From the IMG/VR virus record IMGVR_UViG_3300042898_000421: a DNA stretch of 64,000 bases; one strand, written 5' to 3'. Position numbers and translations under genes: made by a program. Positions 35,694-46,468 of this stretch are shown here, piece by piece. The notes under the pieces are model-generated. The model was not told the origin of the DNA and did no database searches. It worked only from the letters and a program-made list of their open reading frames with translations. This stretch comes from a virus. Each line of letters starts with the position of its first letter. The first letter of the stretch is position 1.

Positions 35694-36425
35694 TTAGAAC
35701 TTAATCCATGTCCAGTCCATACCGTGTACAGGTGTTAGTCCCACATGACTTCTTGGTATAAAGTATTTGTCCGTGGTGATCTGTAATTGATCCACTAGAT
35801 TACTATATACGCTGTCAACCATTACTAGACTTTCTGCGCCTTCTATGATCTTTAGCCAGTCGAAGATACTGTCAGTTTCCGCTTTGATATACACTGTTTG
35901 CCAGTCGCTGGGTATTATACTGGGATCGAAGTTGGCTGTGTGATCGCTGCCTTCTAGATGTACTACTGCGTATTTTTCATTGGTAATGATCTTGTCATAT
36001 AGACGTTGTTCTCTTTGTGCATCACGTTGAATACACTCGCTAAGTTTCCACTTGTTTAAGAATGGTACGCCCGCTTTGATGTACTTGTATTGATCAAACT
36101 TGGTCTGTTGAAAGTACAGTTCTTCGTGGAATTTATGGCCCGTCAGTGCTTGATACAGGGGGATGATCTCGTCACAATGAAAGTTCTTCAGGGCCTTCAT
36201 GGGTTGGTCGTAGAAGAAACTGCCCGGGTCTGTTTGTACTGGAATCCATTTGATCCAGGGGACTGTGTGTTCAAAGTGCGAGATGAATTCACTGCATATG
36301 GGCCACAGGCAGTCCCAGCCTTGATCGTGGTAAAATTTAGCTATGGGCAGAGCTATCACTATGTCGCCTAGACCTCTTGATTGTACTATGCCCAGTTTGG
36401 GTCTACGTGGAGATTTTGCTGTCAT
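35694..36425 (-). CDS. GT9-like glycosyltransferase
   Basis: QSRGLGDIVIALP; DWLKIIEGAESLVMVDS. Confidence 0.65.
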   Translation of the reverse strand: MTAKSPRRPKLGIVQSRGLGDIVIALPIAKFYHDQGWDCLWPICSEFISHFEHTVPWIKWIPVQTDPGSFFYDQPMKALKNFHCDEIIPLYQALTGHKFHEELYFQQTKFDQYKYIKAGVPFLNKWKLSECIQRDAQREQRLYDKIITNEKYAVVHLEGSDHTANFDPSIIPSDWQTVYIKAETDSIFDWLKIIEGAESLVMVDSVYSNLVDQLQITTDKYFIPRSHVGLTPVHGMDWTWIKF

Positions 36426-36433
36426 ATTGTTGA

Positions 36434-37192
36434 TTAAAAGTATTCGCCGCGGGGATGATCCGGGAACCAGCATTCATTGCGTTCCTGTGGTAGATCTCTG
36501 CGTAGTTCACAGGCCCAGTCCGCTCCCAGTCCTATGGCCAGACTCAAACCTAGGCTTTGATTGCCCACGAATTGTTCCGCACCCGCAATGACTTCAGCCA
36601 ACTCCAGTAGGGTCTCTGTGGGATGATAGGGTATGGCCCAGTTGGCAAATTTACAGAACTCTTGGTGCTCTTCGGGTAGACCCACAAACACAGCTCGATC
36701 TTCTGCTTGATCACGAATGGCTGTCCAACCTGTTAGACTGTCGGGACTGTTCCAACGAGCGGACCTGTTGACCACTATTTCCGCAATGGGCGTGGGCTTG
36801 GGCACGGTGAGCCAGGGTTGATTGCGTAAAATTGTGCGCAGACCCGGCTCTCGGATCTTGAATGCTTCTGCGTAGCAGTCCACATAGTTGCCCGGGTGAC
36901 CCACGAACAAGGGTCTGAATAGATCCAAATTGTGCGTGATTTCCTCTTTGGGATCCAGTGCATCACAGCGTGTGATGTAGTCCTGGGCCAGGAAAAAGCT
37001 CTGCATGAAGTCTAGATCTTTTGGGGTCATGCGACCCTGATGGAATGGGTTTGGGGGGCTACCGTAGTAGTGTTGACCTATCCAGTCAACTTGATTGAGG
37101 TGTAGATAAAATTCTCCACCGCCAAAGTGACGCATTATGGGCAGAGCATATATGATGTCGCCCATGGTACCTGAATGTTTGTATCGTTTCAT
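36434..37192 (-). CDS. GT9-like glycosyltransferase
   Basis: HSGTMGDIIYALP, LLELAEVIAGAEQFVGNQS; paralogue of 14996-15772; TAAATA 8 nt upstream. Confidence 0.65.
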   Translation of the reverse strand: MKRYKHSGTMGDIIYALPIMRHFGGGEFYLHLNQVDWIGQHYYGSPPNPFHQGRMTPKDLDFMQSFFLAQDYITRCDALDPKEEITHNLDLFRPLFVGHPGNYVDCYAEAFKIREPGLRTILRNQPWLTVPKPTPIAEIVVNRSARWNSPDSLTGWTAIRDQAEDRAVFVGLPEEHQEFCKFANWAIPYHPTETLLELAEVIAGAEQFVGNQSLGLSLAIGLGADWACELRRDLPQERNECWFPDHPRGEYF

Positions 37193-37267
37193 AATGTTAG
37201 TATTTAATCTAAGCTGATTTGTCAATGTCGAGATCAAGGATAAATATCACACTATTGTAACATCATT

Positions 37268-38095
37268 ATGACCTATCCACTATATTCCAGTCCATTGACT
37301 CTAATCCAGATCGACGACTACAACACCATCTACAACAATGTGGAAGAAATTCTGGGCACGGGCATAGATGGCTATGGGTTGACCTGGCTGAACAGTGTGC
37401 CCGTGACCAATCGCAACAGGGTCACAGCCCAGGGTTGGCATAACTTGATTGCTGACATTAATCAAATACATCTTCACGTACTAAACGTCACTACATCAAC
37501 AGTGGGCCCCACAACAGGCACTACCCTGGTCTCCACAGCCACACATAATGATCTACACTACAGAGCTCTTTGGCTCTTGGACGATGTGCGTCGGTACACT
37601 TGCCATCCTAGCCAGTACTTCTCAGATGGTGGTAATACTATAGATCGCACAGGCGCTGTGACCACAAGCCCTTATAGAGGGGGTGTTAGTACCAGTACAA
37701 CTACATCATGGGTTGGGGAAATCAGCCATGTGGTCACGGCCAGTTGGACTACTAGCCTGCTAGGTCACTATTTCTTTAACACTGGGGGTGAGTTTGTTTG
37801 GAGCAGTTTCTACGATGACACCACGGGGGTCAACGATCTAGATCAGGAGTGGGCTGCATTTATACTCTATATACAGGATACCCAGAACTGGAAATATACC
37901 AGAACACAGTGGCGCGACACAGCCTGGCCCACTACCAGTACCTACTGGACCAGTGGTACCCTGCAGATCAGCATGGTAGCACAAAAGGACGTTAACACCG
38001 GCAAGGGTGTGGAATTTACCATAACCTATACAGATACCACGGCTCCTGGCTTTATCATCACGCCCAAGACCCATTTTGAGAACATCGTACTATAA
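37268..38095 (+). CDS. putative virion (tail/baseplate) protein
   Basis: Thr/Trp-rich; YFFNTGGEF; TAAATA upstream. Confidence 0.6.
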   Translation: MTYPLYSSPLTLIQIDDYNTIYNNVEEILGTGIDGYGLTWLNSVPVTNRNRVTAQGWHNLIADINQIHLHVLNVTTSTVGPTTGTTLVSTATHNDLHYRALWLLDDVRRYTCHPSQYFSDGGNTIDRTGAVTTSPYRGGVSTSTTTSWVGEISHVVTASWTTSLLGHYFFNTGGEFVWSSFYDDTTGVNDLDQEWAAFILYIQDTQNWKYTRTQWRDTAWPTTSTYWTSGTLQISMVAQKDVNTGKGVEFTITYTDTTAPGFIITPKTHFENIVL

Positions 38096-38110
38096 AAGAG
38101 AACAACATAT

Positions 38111-38935
38111 ATGGCAGCGGGAAACTTTAAACTATACAACAACAGTGCAAACACCATCACTGTTACCACATTCTCTTTTACAATTGACAACACTAAGATA
38201 CTGCAACACGCGAATCTCACAGTATTTGGAGAGGGCAGTGACATTACCACAACGCCCATTACCCTGGCTAGTCCGTTGGTGTTGCCCCCACGTACATACA
38301 GTTCTGAATTTACCACATTCCATACTTCGGCCACACTGGTCACAGGTGACTATCTCAGTGTTTTAACAGTGTCTGGTCAGTACCCGGACGCTAGTTCAAC
38401 TACTACATCAGAGACCACAACAGTGCGTATTTCTGGAACATCGCAGCCAGACCCAGAAGTTCCTTACACACCTACAGGTGACGGCGCTGGCGACGGTGGT
38501 GTTTCTTGTGCTGACAGCAACAGTAGTAGTTGCTCGGCCAGCGGCAGCGGCAGCGGCAGCGCCGGTGCTTGCGTAGTAGCAACAGCGTTGACTACCGCTG
38601 GCACTTGGTCTTTATCTGAAAAAATGGAATTAGTAAAGTGGTGCGAAAATGCTTTACATGATACAATGTTAGGTGAAACATTTCGACGCGGTTATCAGGT
38701 TATTGGATCAAAAATCATTCTTCCTTTATTGTTTAAAAACGGAACAAGGTGGACATCTAAATATGTAGAATGGTCATTTACTAATGCTACAAATATGTTA
38801 CGCGGTAACAGATTTAATAAATTATCTATACCAAATAGTGTTGTTTGGTTAGCGGCAATGACTGTAACTGGTGCTGTTGTAAGTAAAAGATATGCAAGAA
38901 AATCGTGGATATCCTTATATAGGAAAAACAAATAA
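38111..38935 (+). CDS. putative virion protein with Ser/Gly linker and CFI-box-like C-terminal domain
   Basis: Thr-rich N-domain, SGSGSGS linker, ACVVATAL...G..F.RGY. Confidence 0.5.
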   Translation: MAAGNFKLYNNSANTITVTTFSFTIDNTKILQHANLTVFGEGSDITTTPITLASPLVLPPRTYSSEFTTFHTSATLVTGDYLSVLTVSGQYPDASSTTTSETTTVRISGTSQPDPEVPYTPTGDGAGDGGVSCADSNSSSCSASGSGSGSAGACVVATALTTAGTWSLSEKMELVKWCENALHDTMLGETFRRGYQVIGSKIILPLLFKNGTRWTSKYVEWSFTNATNMLRGNRFNKLSIPNSVVWLAAMTVTGAVVSKRYARKSWISLYRKNK

Positions 38936-38938
38936 GTC

Positions 38939-40468
38939 ATGGCAAATAATTTTGATACTAATCTAAGAATTACCAGTTCACTCGGATTTAGAATATCTGG
39001 TGGCGCTGTTAAAGGCCCAGTTCCAACATTAGAGACACTGAAATATCTATGGGAACCAGTTAAGAGGGCACCTACGGCTGTTACTCAAACAAAGATATTA
39101 CGAGTAACACCTAATCCCGTTCCTACCTTTGTATTTCCACCAGCTTCGACCAGTACCACAGATCTTGTTTTGCAAAATCCAACTAACTGGGCAGATTTGT
39201 TAAAATGGTACAGTACTGCTACACGACAGACTCTTACCCTACATAATGACGGAAATACTCCTTTGACAGTGGGGGACACTGATGGTAATGGTATTAAACG
39301 ATCTTTTCCTAACGGAGTCTTTCCAATATTTCATACTACCAGTTCCTTTGTTATCCCTCCGGGCGGCAGTCAAAACTTTATTATCTCTTATTATGGAACT
39401 GAAGTAGGTCAATATTCTAATTTCTTAAATATTGTTTCTGATTTTGATGCTGTAAACTATAAGATACCTACATTTCAAAATGTAGAACGTACCTTTAGTA
39501 TGCGTGTAAGTCCCATCACTGCAACTACCACGGCAACACAGCTAGGAGAACAAGTACGTCAAAGTTTTGAAATTATGCCCGTATATGATCTAATTGATCA
39601 GCCAGATGTACTATTAGATTTTACTACATCGTTTGGAAACAACAACCCAGGATGGAGCATCGTTGATAAAGCCAACAATACCTTTACTGTAAGATTGCGT
39701 GTGCTAGAGCTAAACAACACACCCGGAACCTATACTAACAATGTAACTATTGCATCTGAAGGCGGTGTTGGAATTAACTCTGTAGTCACAGTCACTAACA
39801 TAGTTAATGTAGCTATTGACCTTTCGAGATTTGAATCCTTGGGTTATTGGGTAAGTCCTGCTGCACCGTATAACAGTGTTATAGGAATGAGTTACGACAA
39901 GATTGATCAAGTTAAAGTTCTTACCATAGGTGTAGGTACAGGTGGAGATGGCACAGATTTATATGGTGCTGGTGGTCAAGTCTTTACAGCAACCAGCACA
40001 TTGGGCTATCTTGCCACAGCTACAGACTATCCGTATAGTGGATGGGCCACTGTATATAGATTCCCGTTATCGTCTACTGGACCTGTACAGCATCTCAGTA
40101 GCGCCACAAATAGTGACGGCCTGCCACTGTATAAGGTAAAGAGTACACCAGGATTGGACTACGAAACATCTTTTGGTTTAGAATCTTCTGTAGGATCTAT
40201 GTTCATTGTCAATGACGACGGCAACGGAAACGTTAATGTTTCATTAAATCAGTTGAGGGACATATCGGATCTTAACAGTGATTTTGATACAACACTAAAA
40301 AATCTAACTAGAGCATTCCATTATTATTCGAATGTTGATACTCCGCCTAGGTATTACCAGTTAGACTCCGGCGCTATACTTGATGGAACAGTGACACGTA
40401 AATTTATAGGATTTGACAATTCGGGTACAGTACTGACCAGCATTGTGTCGCTGCCTAAGAGTTTCTAA
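38939..40468 (+). CDS. putative virion protein with Ig-like domains
   Basis: LTLHNDGNTPLTV...FVIPPGGSQNF..SY...G.Y...L.I Ig-fold pattern. Confidence 0.6.
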   Translation: MANNFDTNLRITSSLGFRISGGAVKGPVPTLETLKYLWEPVKRAPTAVTQTKILRVTPNPVPTFVFPPASTSTTDLVLQNPTNWADLLKWYSTATRQTLTLHNDGNTPLTVGDTDGNGIKRSFPNGVFPIFHTTSSFVIPPGGSQNFIISYYGTEVGQYSNFLNIVSDFDAVNYKIPTFQNVERTFSMRVSPITATTTATQLGEQVRQSFEIMPVYDLIDQPDVLLDFTTSFGNNNPGWSIVDKANNTFTVRLRVLELNNTPGTYTNNVTIASEGGVGINSVVTVTNIVNVAIDLSRFESLGYWVSPAAPYNSVIGMSYDKIDQVKVLTIGVGTGGDGTDLYGAGGQVFTATSTLGYLATATDYPYSGWATVYRFPLSSTGPVQHLSSATNSDGLPLYKVKSTPGLDYETSFGLESSVGSMFIVNDDGNGNVNVSLNQLRDISDLNSDFDTTLKNLTRAFHYYSNVDTPPRYYQLDSGAILDGTVTRKFIGFDNSGTVLTSIVSLPKSF

Positions 40469-40507
40469 AAGATTCGGAAGCATTCTCTACTAAGATAATT
40501 AGTAGTA

Positions 40508-43114
40508 ATGCTTCTAGATCAATACCCCAAAATCAATACAGACTTAGTTAAAGAAATCCCCTGGGAGGGAGATGAGCTTTATTATGACCAACAATTGTAC
40601 AACTTAGGTGAACGCGACACTGAATTTTTAGTGATAAATCCTTACATAAGACATCCAAGTATCTTGAACTTTGTAAATTATGTTCCTAAAACTAGAAAAT
40701 GTATAGTCTGGACATATAAAGGCGAATGGACTGCTAAATTATTCAAAAACGGATGGCATCCTTATCATGGATATGAAACTTACGAAATAGAAGTGCTAAA
40801 CAATTATGTATGGAAAAGAAATCCTGCAATCAGTCATTCTATTACGTTTGATATAAATCCTATAGAAAATCATACACATGAGTGGAGTGATTTGGAGTAT
40901 AAACTAGTTTGGTATATTGATCCTAGAGTAAATCCCTTAGAAGATAAAGTATGGGCATTCAGTTGTGAAGCAACTAATGTTAAGACTAAAGGCGAAAAAG
41001 ATATGGGATATGTAATGCCCGATCTAACAGTTACATGGAATCCAGATATACCTAAAATGCAGGTCAACATTGATGAATGCTATCCTGCATTTTGGTCGTT
41101 AGACAATGTATCAGTAATTGAATTAGACCCTAATTATAGTCCAGCACCAGCTACATGGATGATTAAATTTGAACCTAAACATAAGAAAAGTAGCAAATGG
41201 GAGTGGATGGGTACTGTAAGTCCTGAGTTTAAAATTGAACAAAATCCTAGCCTACCAGAAATGCGTTTTGATTTAGATTACGACATTCCTTGGCACGATC
41301 TAGCCTATGAACATATATGGTATCTAGATAAAGAAATAAACGGGGAGAAGGTTTGGGCTTTGAAAATTACTCCCAGTGCAGAGATTGTAGGTGTTAAAGA
41401 AATGGGAACAGTTACTCCTCTAATTGCTGCAACTATGGATGTGATCTTTATTAGTTACAATGAACCTAATGCAGAAGAGAACTGGGCTCGTGTATTAGAA
41501 AAAGCCCCACACGCTAAACGAGTAAACGGAGTTGAGGGTATATTTGAAGCACACAAGGCCGCCGCCAAATTAGCAATAACAGATATGTTTTTTGTAGTGG
41601 ACGGTGATGCATATCTCGTAGATGATTGGCAGTTTAATTTCCAGCCTGGAATATTTGATAGAGACTGTACATATGTCTGGCATAGTAAGAATCCTCTAAA
41701 TGATCTAACATACGGATACGGAGGAGTTAAATTATTTCCACGAAAATCTTTAACCAGAGCCAGAAAATGGAATACATTGGACCTATCTACAACAATAACA
41801 TCTAAATTAAAAGTAATCGAAACAGTTAGTAATATTACTGCATTCAATACAGATGAATATTCTACCTGGCGCAGTGCATTCAGAGAAGTAGTTAAACTAT
41901 GCGAGACAATTAAACGAGATACTAATGATACAGATGCTATACATAGGCTAGATACATGGAAGACGGTAGGGTTAGATAAACCATTTGGCAATTATGCAAT
42001 TGCCGGAGCTAACGCCGCTGTTGCTTTCTTTGATAGGAACTATGATACACCGCAATTGCGACAAATAAATAATGGAGAATGGTTATACACAATGTTTAAA
42101 AATGAGAAGCCTTCAGTCTTTAATTATAAACCTATTAAGATTGTCAAACAAGAAGAGATTGTAGTTGATCCTACAGTATACACAAGATTAGAACACTCAA
42201 ATCCAGACCACGCAGACTGGTTTGTAGTCAACTGGTGCCTTGGCAATACCTGCAACTTTAGTTGTAGCTACTGCCCGATAGATCTTCACGATGCATCTAT
42301 CCCCTGGCCTGACTTAGATGTTATAAAGAACTTCATTATGAAGATCAAGCAGGCACATCCTAGTAAGAAGATATACTTTGAATTTACAGGCGGTGAAGTT
42401 ACACTATACAAACACTTTGTTGAACTGTGTCAGTTTTGTACAGAACACGGTGTTAAAGTTGGATTGATTAGTAACGGCAGTCGTACATTGCGTTACTGGG
42501 AAGAAAATAAACAATACTTTGATCATGTATGTCTAAGTTTTCATCCAGAAGAGGCTGATGAAAAGCATTTTATTGAAGTTGTTAAAATTTTAAACAACGA
42601 TGTACGCACTCATGTCAACATTATGATGAGCCCCGAGAAGTTTGACTTTTGCTATGCCGTGGCGAATAAGGTTAAGAACTTAGGTAATATATCAATGGCA
42701 TTGCAACCACTGATACATGACTTTGGTGACACTTTATACGACTATAACGAATTTCAAAAGAAGATATTTGATAAACAACACGAGTTAATTGTCAAACATA
42801 TCAAATACACGAAAACGTTTGATTACTATCGAGGCGCAATGGTTAAACTCTTTCCAGACGGCAACAAACAAGTATCGAGCGCACAGCGTTTTGTCAGTGA
42901 CAAAACAAATGACTGGTCTGGTTGGAAATGTTACGCAGGAGTTGAACAATTAATTGTTGATAAAGACGGTAGTGTTCATAGAGGTTGGTGCAAAGAAGGC
43001 GGCATGATTGGGCGTATTACAGACCCTGAATTAAACTTATCGATTGGGCCCGTGGTATGCGGTAGTACAATGTGCCATTGCAATTTTGATATTATGTGTA
43101 CTAAAGAAAAATGA
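40508..43114 (+). CDS. multidomain fusion: three tandem repeats, GT-A-like domain, radical SAM, twitch/SPASM
   Basis: three repeats of about 65-70 aa; FFVVDGD (DxD); CNFSCSYC, TGGEV, SNGS; WKCYAG...WC...CGSTMCHC. Confidence 0.8.
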   Translation: MLLDQYPKINTDLVKEIPWEGDELYYDQQLYNLGERDTEFLVINPYIRHPSILNFVNYVPKTRKCIVWTYKGEWTAKLFKNGWHPYHGYETYEIEVLNNYVWKRNPAISHSITFDINPIENHTHEWSDLEYKLVWYIDPRVNPLEDKVWAFSCEATNVKTKGEKDMGYVMPDLTVTWNPDIPKMQVNIDECYPAFWSLDNVSVIELDPNYSPAPATWMIKFEPKHKKSSKWEWMGTVSPEFKIEQNPSLPEMRFDLDYDIPWHDLAYEHIWYLDKEINGEKVWALKITPSAEIVGVKEMGTVTPLIAATMDVIFISYNEPNAEENWARVLEKAPHAKRVNGVEGIFEAHKAAAKLAITDMFFVVDGDAYLVDDWQFNFQPGIFDRDCTYVWHSKNPLNDLTYGYGGVKLFPRKSLTRARKWNTLDLSTTITSKLKVIETVSNITAFNTDEYSTWRSAFREVVKLCETIKRDTNDTDAIHRLDTWKTVGLDKPFGNYAIAGANAAVAFFDRNYDTPQLRQINNGEWLYTMFKNEKPSVFNYKPIKIVKQEEIVVDPTVYTRLEHSNPDHADWFVVNWCLGNTCNFSCSYCPIDLHDASIPWPDLDVIKNFIMKIKQAHPSKKIYFEFTGGEVTLYKHFVELCQFCTEHGVKVGLISNGSRTLRYWEENKQYFDHVCLSFHPEEADEKHFIEVVKILNNDVRTHVNIMMSPEKFDFCYAVANKVKNLGNISMALQPLIHDFGDTLYDYNEFQKKIFDKQHELIVKHIKYTKTFDYYRGAMVKLFPDGNKQVSSAQRFVSDKTNDWSGWKCYAGVEQLIVDKDGSVHRGWCKEGGMIGRITDPELNLSIGPVVCGSTMCHCNFDIMCTKEK

Positions 43115-43857
43115 AATATTGTATTGTTGCTGGGCCTCGAAGTGGTAGTACTTGGTTAGAATTTATATTGATAGAGCATTTAAAGTCTATCAATATACAT
43201 CCAACTCGCCTAGGCGAATTTCTTCAACCAGTAGTTGCTAAAAATGAACAGTTTACATTATCTGCTGATAACAATATTGTGTATGGAAAAAGACAATGGA
43301 CAACAGATCAAGAAACATTTGATGGTAGATTATCGATGATACTACACAGTAATCATTATCAATCATTAACTATGCGACTATTTCCACAAAATTATTTTTT
43401 TAATTTTATAGATTATATAGATGTTGCTAAAAAACTAAAATCTTATAATTTTAAATTTCTTTCTTTACATAGAAATGTATTTTCAAGAGCACTAAGTTGG
43501 GCTGTAATGGAGCATACCTCTATCATACACTTGTTTAATGTAAATAATACTCAATATCATACTACCTTTCAAGGTAAGAAAGAGAAAACTAGTATTGAGC
43601 CATTTTATGTATGCCCAATAAACTTTACAAGAATATTGCTAATGGCAGTTCAAGACGATATTAGTAGAAGGATAATTAATGAGGTAGTCGACGCTGTTGA
43701 AGTAGACTATGACAGTTTAGAACAAGATATTCAACAACTTAAAATTACTGTACTTCCTACACAGATATACCCGGTACATGAACTGCCTTATGAATCACTT
43801 ATTACGAATTATAACCAGTTACTGGACATTTATTACAAACTAAAGAATACTATATGA
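43111..43857 (+). CDS. sulfotransferase (Stf0-like)
   Basis: AGPRSGSTWL (5'-PSB loop), LGEF, LHRNVFSRALSW (3'-PB), VDYDSL. Confidence 0.7.
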   Translation: MKYCIVAGPRSGSTWLEFILIEHLKSINIHPTRLGEFLQPVVAKNEQFTLSADNNIVYGKRQWTTDQETFDGRLSMILHSNHYQSLTMRLFPQNYFFNFIDYIDVAKKLKSYNFKFLSLHRNVFSRALSWAVMEHTSIIHLFNVNNTQYHTTFQGKKEKTSIEPFYVCPINFTRILLMAVQDDISRRIINEVVDAVEVDYDSLEQDIQQLKITVLPTQIYPVHELPYESLITNYNQLLDIYYKLKNTI

Positions 43858-45251
43858 AAACAATACCAATAATTCCCGAAGCTCCGACTAGAGGTAATCC
43901 AATGGATACCATGTGCGAGTTTAAATGGAACTATCCTATATTTCAAATTGACCGAGGCGAATTTAGAAGTTGCTGTCGTACCCCGTCAGTGCCTATCCCC
44001 GAATCACTTCTAGAAGAGAAAGGTATTAATGCATTTCTCAATAACGATCATCTTGTTAGAAGCAGATTAGACCTAATCCAGGGAGTGCGACATTCTGATT
44101 GTCAGAGTTGCTGGAATCTTGAAGATAGAGGCATGAAAAGTCCGAGAGAGCCTGAGAACTTTTGGAATTTTTTAAAAAGAGAACAAGTTATTCCTCGAGA
44201 TATGGAATATACAGAAGAGAATGTTAGAACAGAATTGGGGAAAATTAATTCACTAGACCATCCTTTTCTAAAAGCTAAAACTCCTTATATGATGGAAATT
44301 AGTTTAGGAAATACATGTGATTTAAAATGTATGTATTGTAATCATCATTATTCAACACAGTGGGCAACTGAACTGATCAAGTTAGGAGAACTCACTCAAG
44401 AACAGTATGATAGAGAGTTTCCTAAATCTTCATCTAGTTTTGAAGAAAAGTATTGGGAATGGTTTGACAAGGTAGGCTGCTGGCATATACATCGTGTTAA
44501 TATGATTGGGGGAGAACCACTTATCATTCCTGAATTTTATGAATATGTGGAACGTATGGCAAATCGTATTACTAGAATTATGCCTATCAAGAAGTTAAGA
44601 CCAACTCTGTGTATTGTGACAAACCTCAACACTCCAGCAAATTATTTTAATAGGTTCATTGAAAGACTTCCAAAGATTATTGAAGCATTTGATCTAGAAA
44701 TATTAATTAGTATGGAATCATTAAATGATAGAGCGGAGTATATTCGAAACGGTATTACATGGAATCGATTTAATTCAAATGTAAATAAATTATTATCAAT
44801 TACTACCACTAAATTCCAAGTTGGATTCTTAATGTCAGTTAGTGCATTGAGTATTGCTACAACAAAAGATTTTATTGAATATGCAACTAACTTGTCAGAT
44901 CAATACAGCAGGCCAATAGGACTAAAGCAGAACATTATTAATTTCCCCTCGTGGCAAAATCCAATGATATTACCTCCAGAGTTTTCCAAGTATCTAAGTG
45001 ATACTATTGAATACATGGAGCAACATGTATCGAGGATGCCAAACGTTACTGACTTCTTTGGACGATATGATCAATACATGATATTTTTAAAGAGCTTGAC
45101 AGAAAGTATGAAAAACAATACAGGTGATTACACGGCAGACAGGAAGAAGTTCTATGAATGGTATAATACATTTGATCAACATCGAAATCTCAATCTCCTT
45201 AATACTTTTCCCGAGTATGCAGACTTTTATGAAATGTGTAAAGGATTATAA
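43854..45251 (+). CDS. radical SAM protein with N-terminal twitch domain
   Basis: C...W...SCC...C.SCW.LE.RG..S.R; CDLKCMYC; GGEP; TN. Confidence 0.88.
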   Translation: MKTIPIIPEAPTRGNPMDTMCEFKWNYPIFQIDRGEFRSCCRTPSVPIPESLLEEKGINAFLNNDHLVRSRLDLIQGVRHSDCQSCWNLEDRGMKSPREPENFWNFLKREQVIPRDMEYTEENVRTELGKINSLDHPFLKAKTPYMMEISLGNTCDLKCMYCNHHYSTQWATELIKLGELTQEQYDREFPKSSSSFEEKYWEWFDKVGCWHIHRVNMIGGEPLIIPEFYEYVERMANRITRIMPIKKLRPTLCIVTNLNTPANYFNRFIERLPKIIEAFDLEILISMESLNDRAEYIRNGITWNRFNSNVNKLLSITTTKFQVGFLMSVSALSIATTKDFIEYATNLSDQYSRPIGLKQNIINFPSWQNPMILPPEFSKYLSDTIEYMEQHVSRMPNVTDFFGRYDQYMIFLKSLTESMKNNTGDYTADRKKFYEWYNTFDQHRNLNLLNTFPEYADFYEMCKGL

Positions 45252-46468
45252 TGTCTAGAAAATGTCTTTTTCCTTTTACCAATCTTGTTGTTAATCCTAA
45301 TGGAACCGCAACACCTTGCTGTAAGTATAACATCAATAAAACAGATGAGGATATAGAAAAGCAAACACTCTATGATAAAAACATAAAGGAATTATTCTTT
45401 CAGCCAGCAATGGAAGATATCAGGAAACAATTTAATAACAATATTGAGCCCACAGCGTGCCAAATATGTTGGGACGAAGAAGCAGTGGGAATTACTTCAT
45501 TACGACAACACAGAGATAACATTGCAAAATGGCACAACACTCATAAATCAAAATATATAGGAAGATTTGATGATCCTAAAATTGTTACTATTGATTTTAA
45601 ATTTAGCAGTTTATGCAATCTAAAATGTAGAATCTGCGGACCTTATTGCAGTTCTAAATGGCTTGAAGAATCTCAGGAGACGGGCGAATTTCATGAGCAC
45701 ACTATAAAGATATTTGCAAAGTATGCAGATAGAAAATTTATTGATAATGAAATTAATTTTGAAATATTTAAAGAACTGATCCCAGATCTACACATAATTG
45801 AGTTTTATGGCGGCGAACCCTTAATGCAGCCCGAACATGAAAAAATTATGAATATATTGAGAGAATACCCGCTTGTTGAACGGTATAAGTTTGATCTATT
45901 ATATAATTCCAACGGAACTATATATGATCAAAGTGTAGTAGATACTTGGAAGAAAGTCGGCCTTGTAGAATTCAATATTAGTGTCGATGACATTGGCCCT
46001 AGATTTGAGTATCAGCGGTATCCTGCAAAATGGGATCAAGTATTAGAAAATATATTAAAATATAAGACTAATTGCGGAAACAATGTTAAGATGAATATAT
46101 ATGTTACTGTTAGCCTTTACAATATATTTTACATTGACGAGCTAATCAAGTTTAATGCAGAAAATCTTAAGTTGCCTTTAAGATTTAATCTGTTACATTT
46201 TCCCGACAAAATGTCTATTAAAAATCTTCCGTTGGATATTAAGAATATTATCAAAAGTAAAATAGATATTATTCCAGATGAACACAGGCAATATATTGAC
46301 AAACTATTTGGGATAGATGCGGTTATAAACTTTATGACGAGCACTGAAAAATCGGATGAGGATTATAATGAGTTTATAAAGACAACTCTCCTGCACGATG
46401 ACTATAGAAGCCAGTCGTTTGAAGAAACATTTCTTGAATATTGGATATTATTGAATGAAACCAATTAA
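45251..46468 (+). CDS. radical SAM protein with N-terminal twitch domain
   Basis: CLFPF...PCC...CQICW.EE..G..SLR; CNLKCRIC; GGEP; SNG. Confidence 0.88.
   Translation: MSRKCLFPFTNLVVNPNGTATPCCKYNINKTDEDIEKQTLYDKNIKELFFQPAMEDIRKQFNNNIEPTACQICWDEEAVGITSLRQHRDNIAKWHNTHKSKYIGRFDDPKIVTIDFKFSSLCNLKCRICGPYCSSKWLEESQETGEFHEHTIKIFAKYADRKFIDNEINFEIFKELIPDLHIIEFYGGEPLMQPEHEKIMNILREYPLVERYKFDLLYNSNGTIYDQSVVDTWKKVGLVEFNISVDDIGPRFEYQRYPAKWDQVLENILKYKTNCGNNVKMNIYVTVSLYNIFYIDELIKFNAENLKLPLRFNLLHFPDKMSIKNLPLDIKNIIKSKIDIIPDEHRQYIDKLFGIDAVINFMTSTEKSDEDYNEFIKTTLLHDDYRSQSFEETFLEYWILLNETN

Noticed and set aside
42218-43114. Viperin-like antiviral rSAM (VNW...CN..C.YC start)
   Set aside because: It carries a twitch/SPASM Cys domain instead of a viperin tail and sits in a glycan context; the resemblance is generic rSAM.
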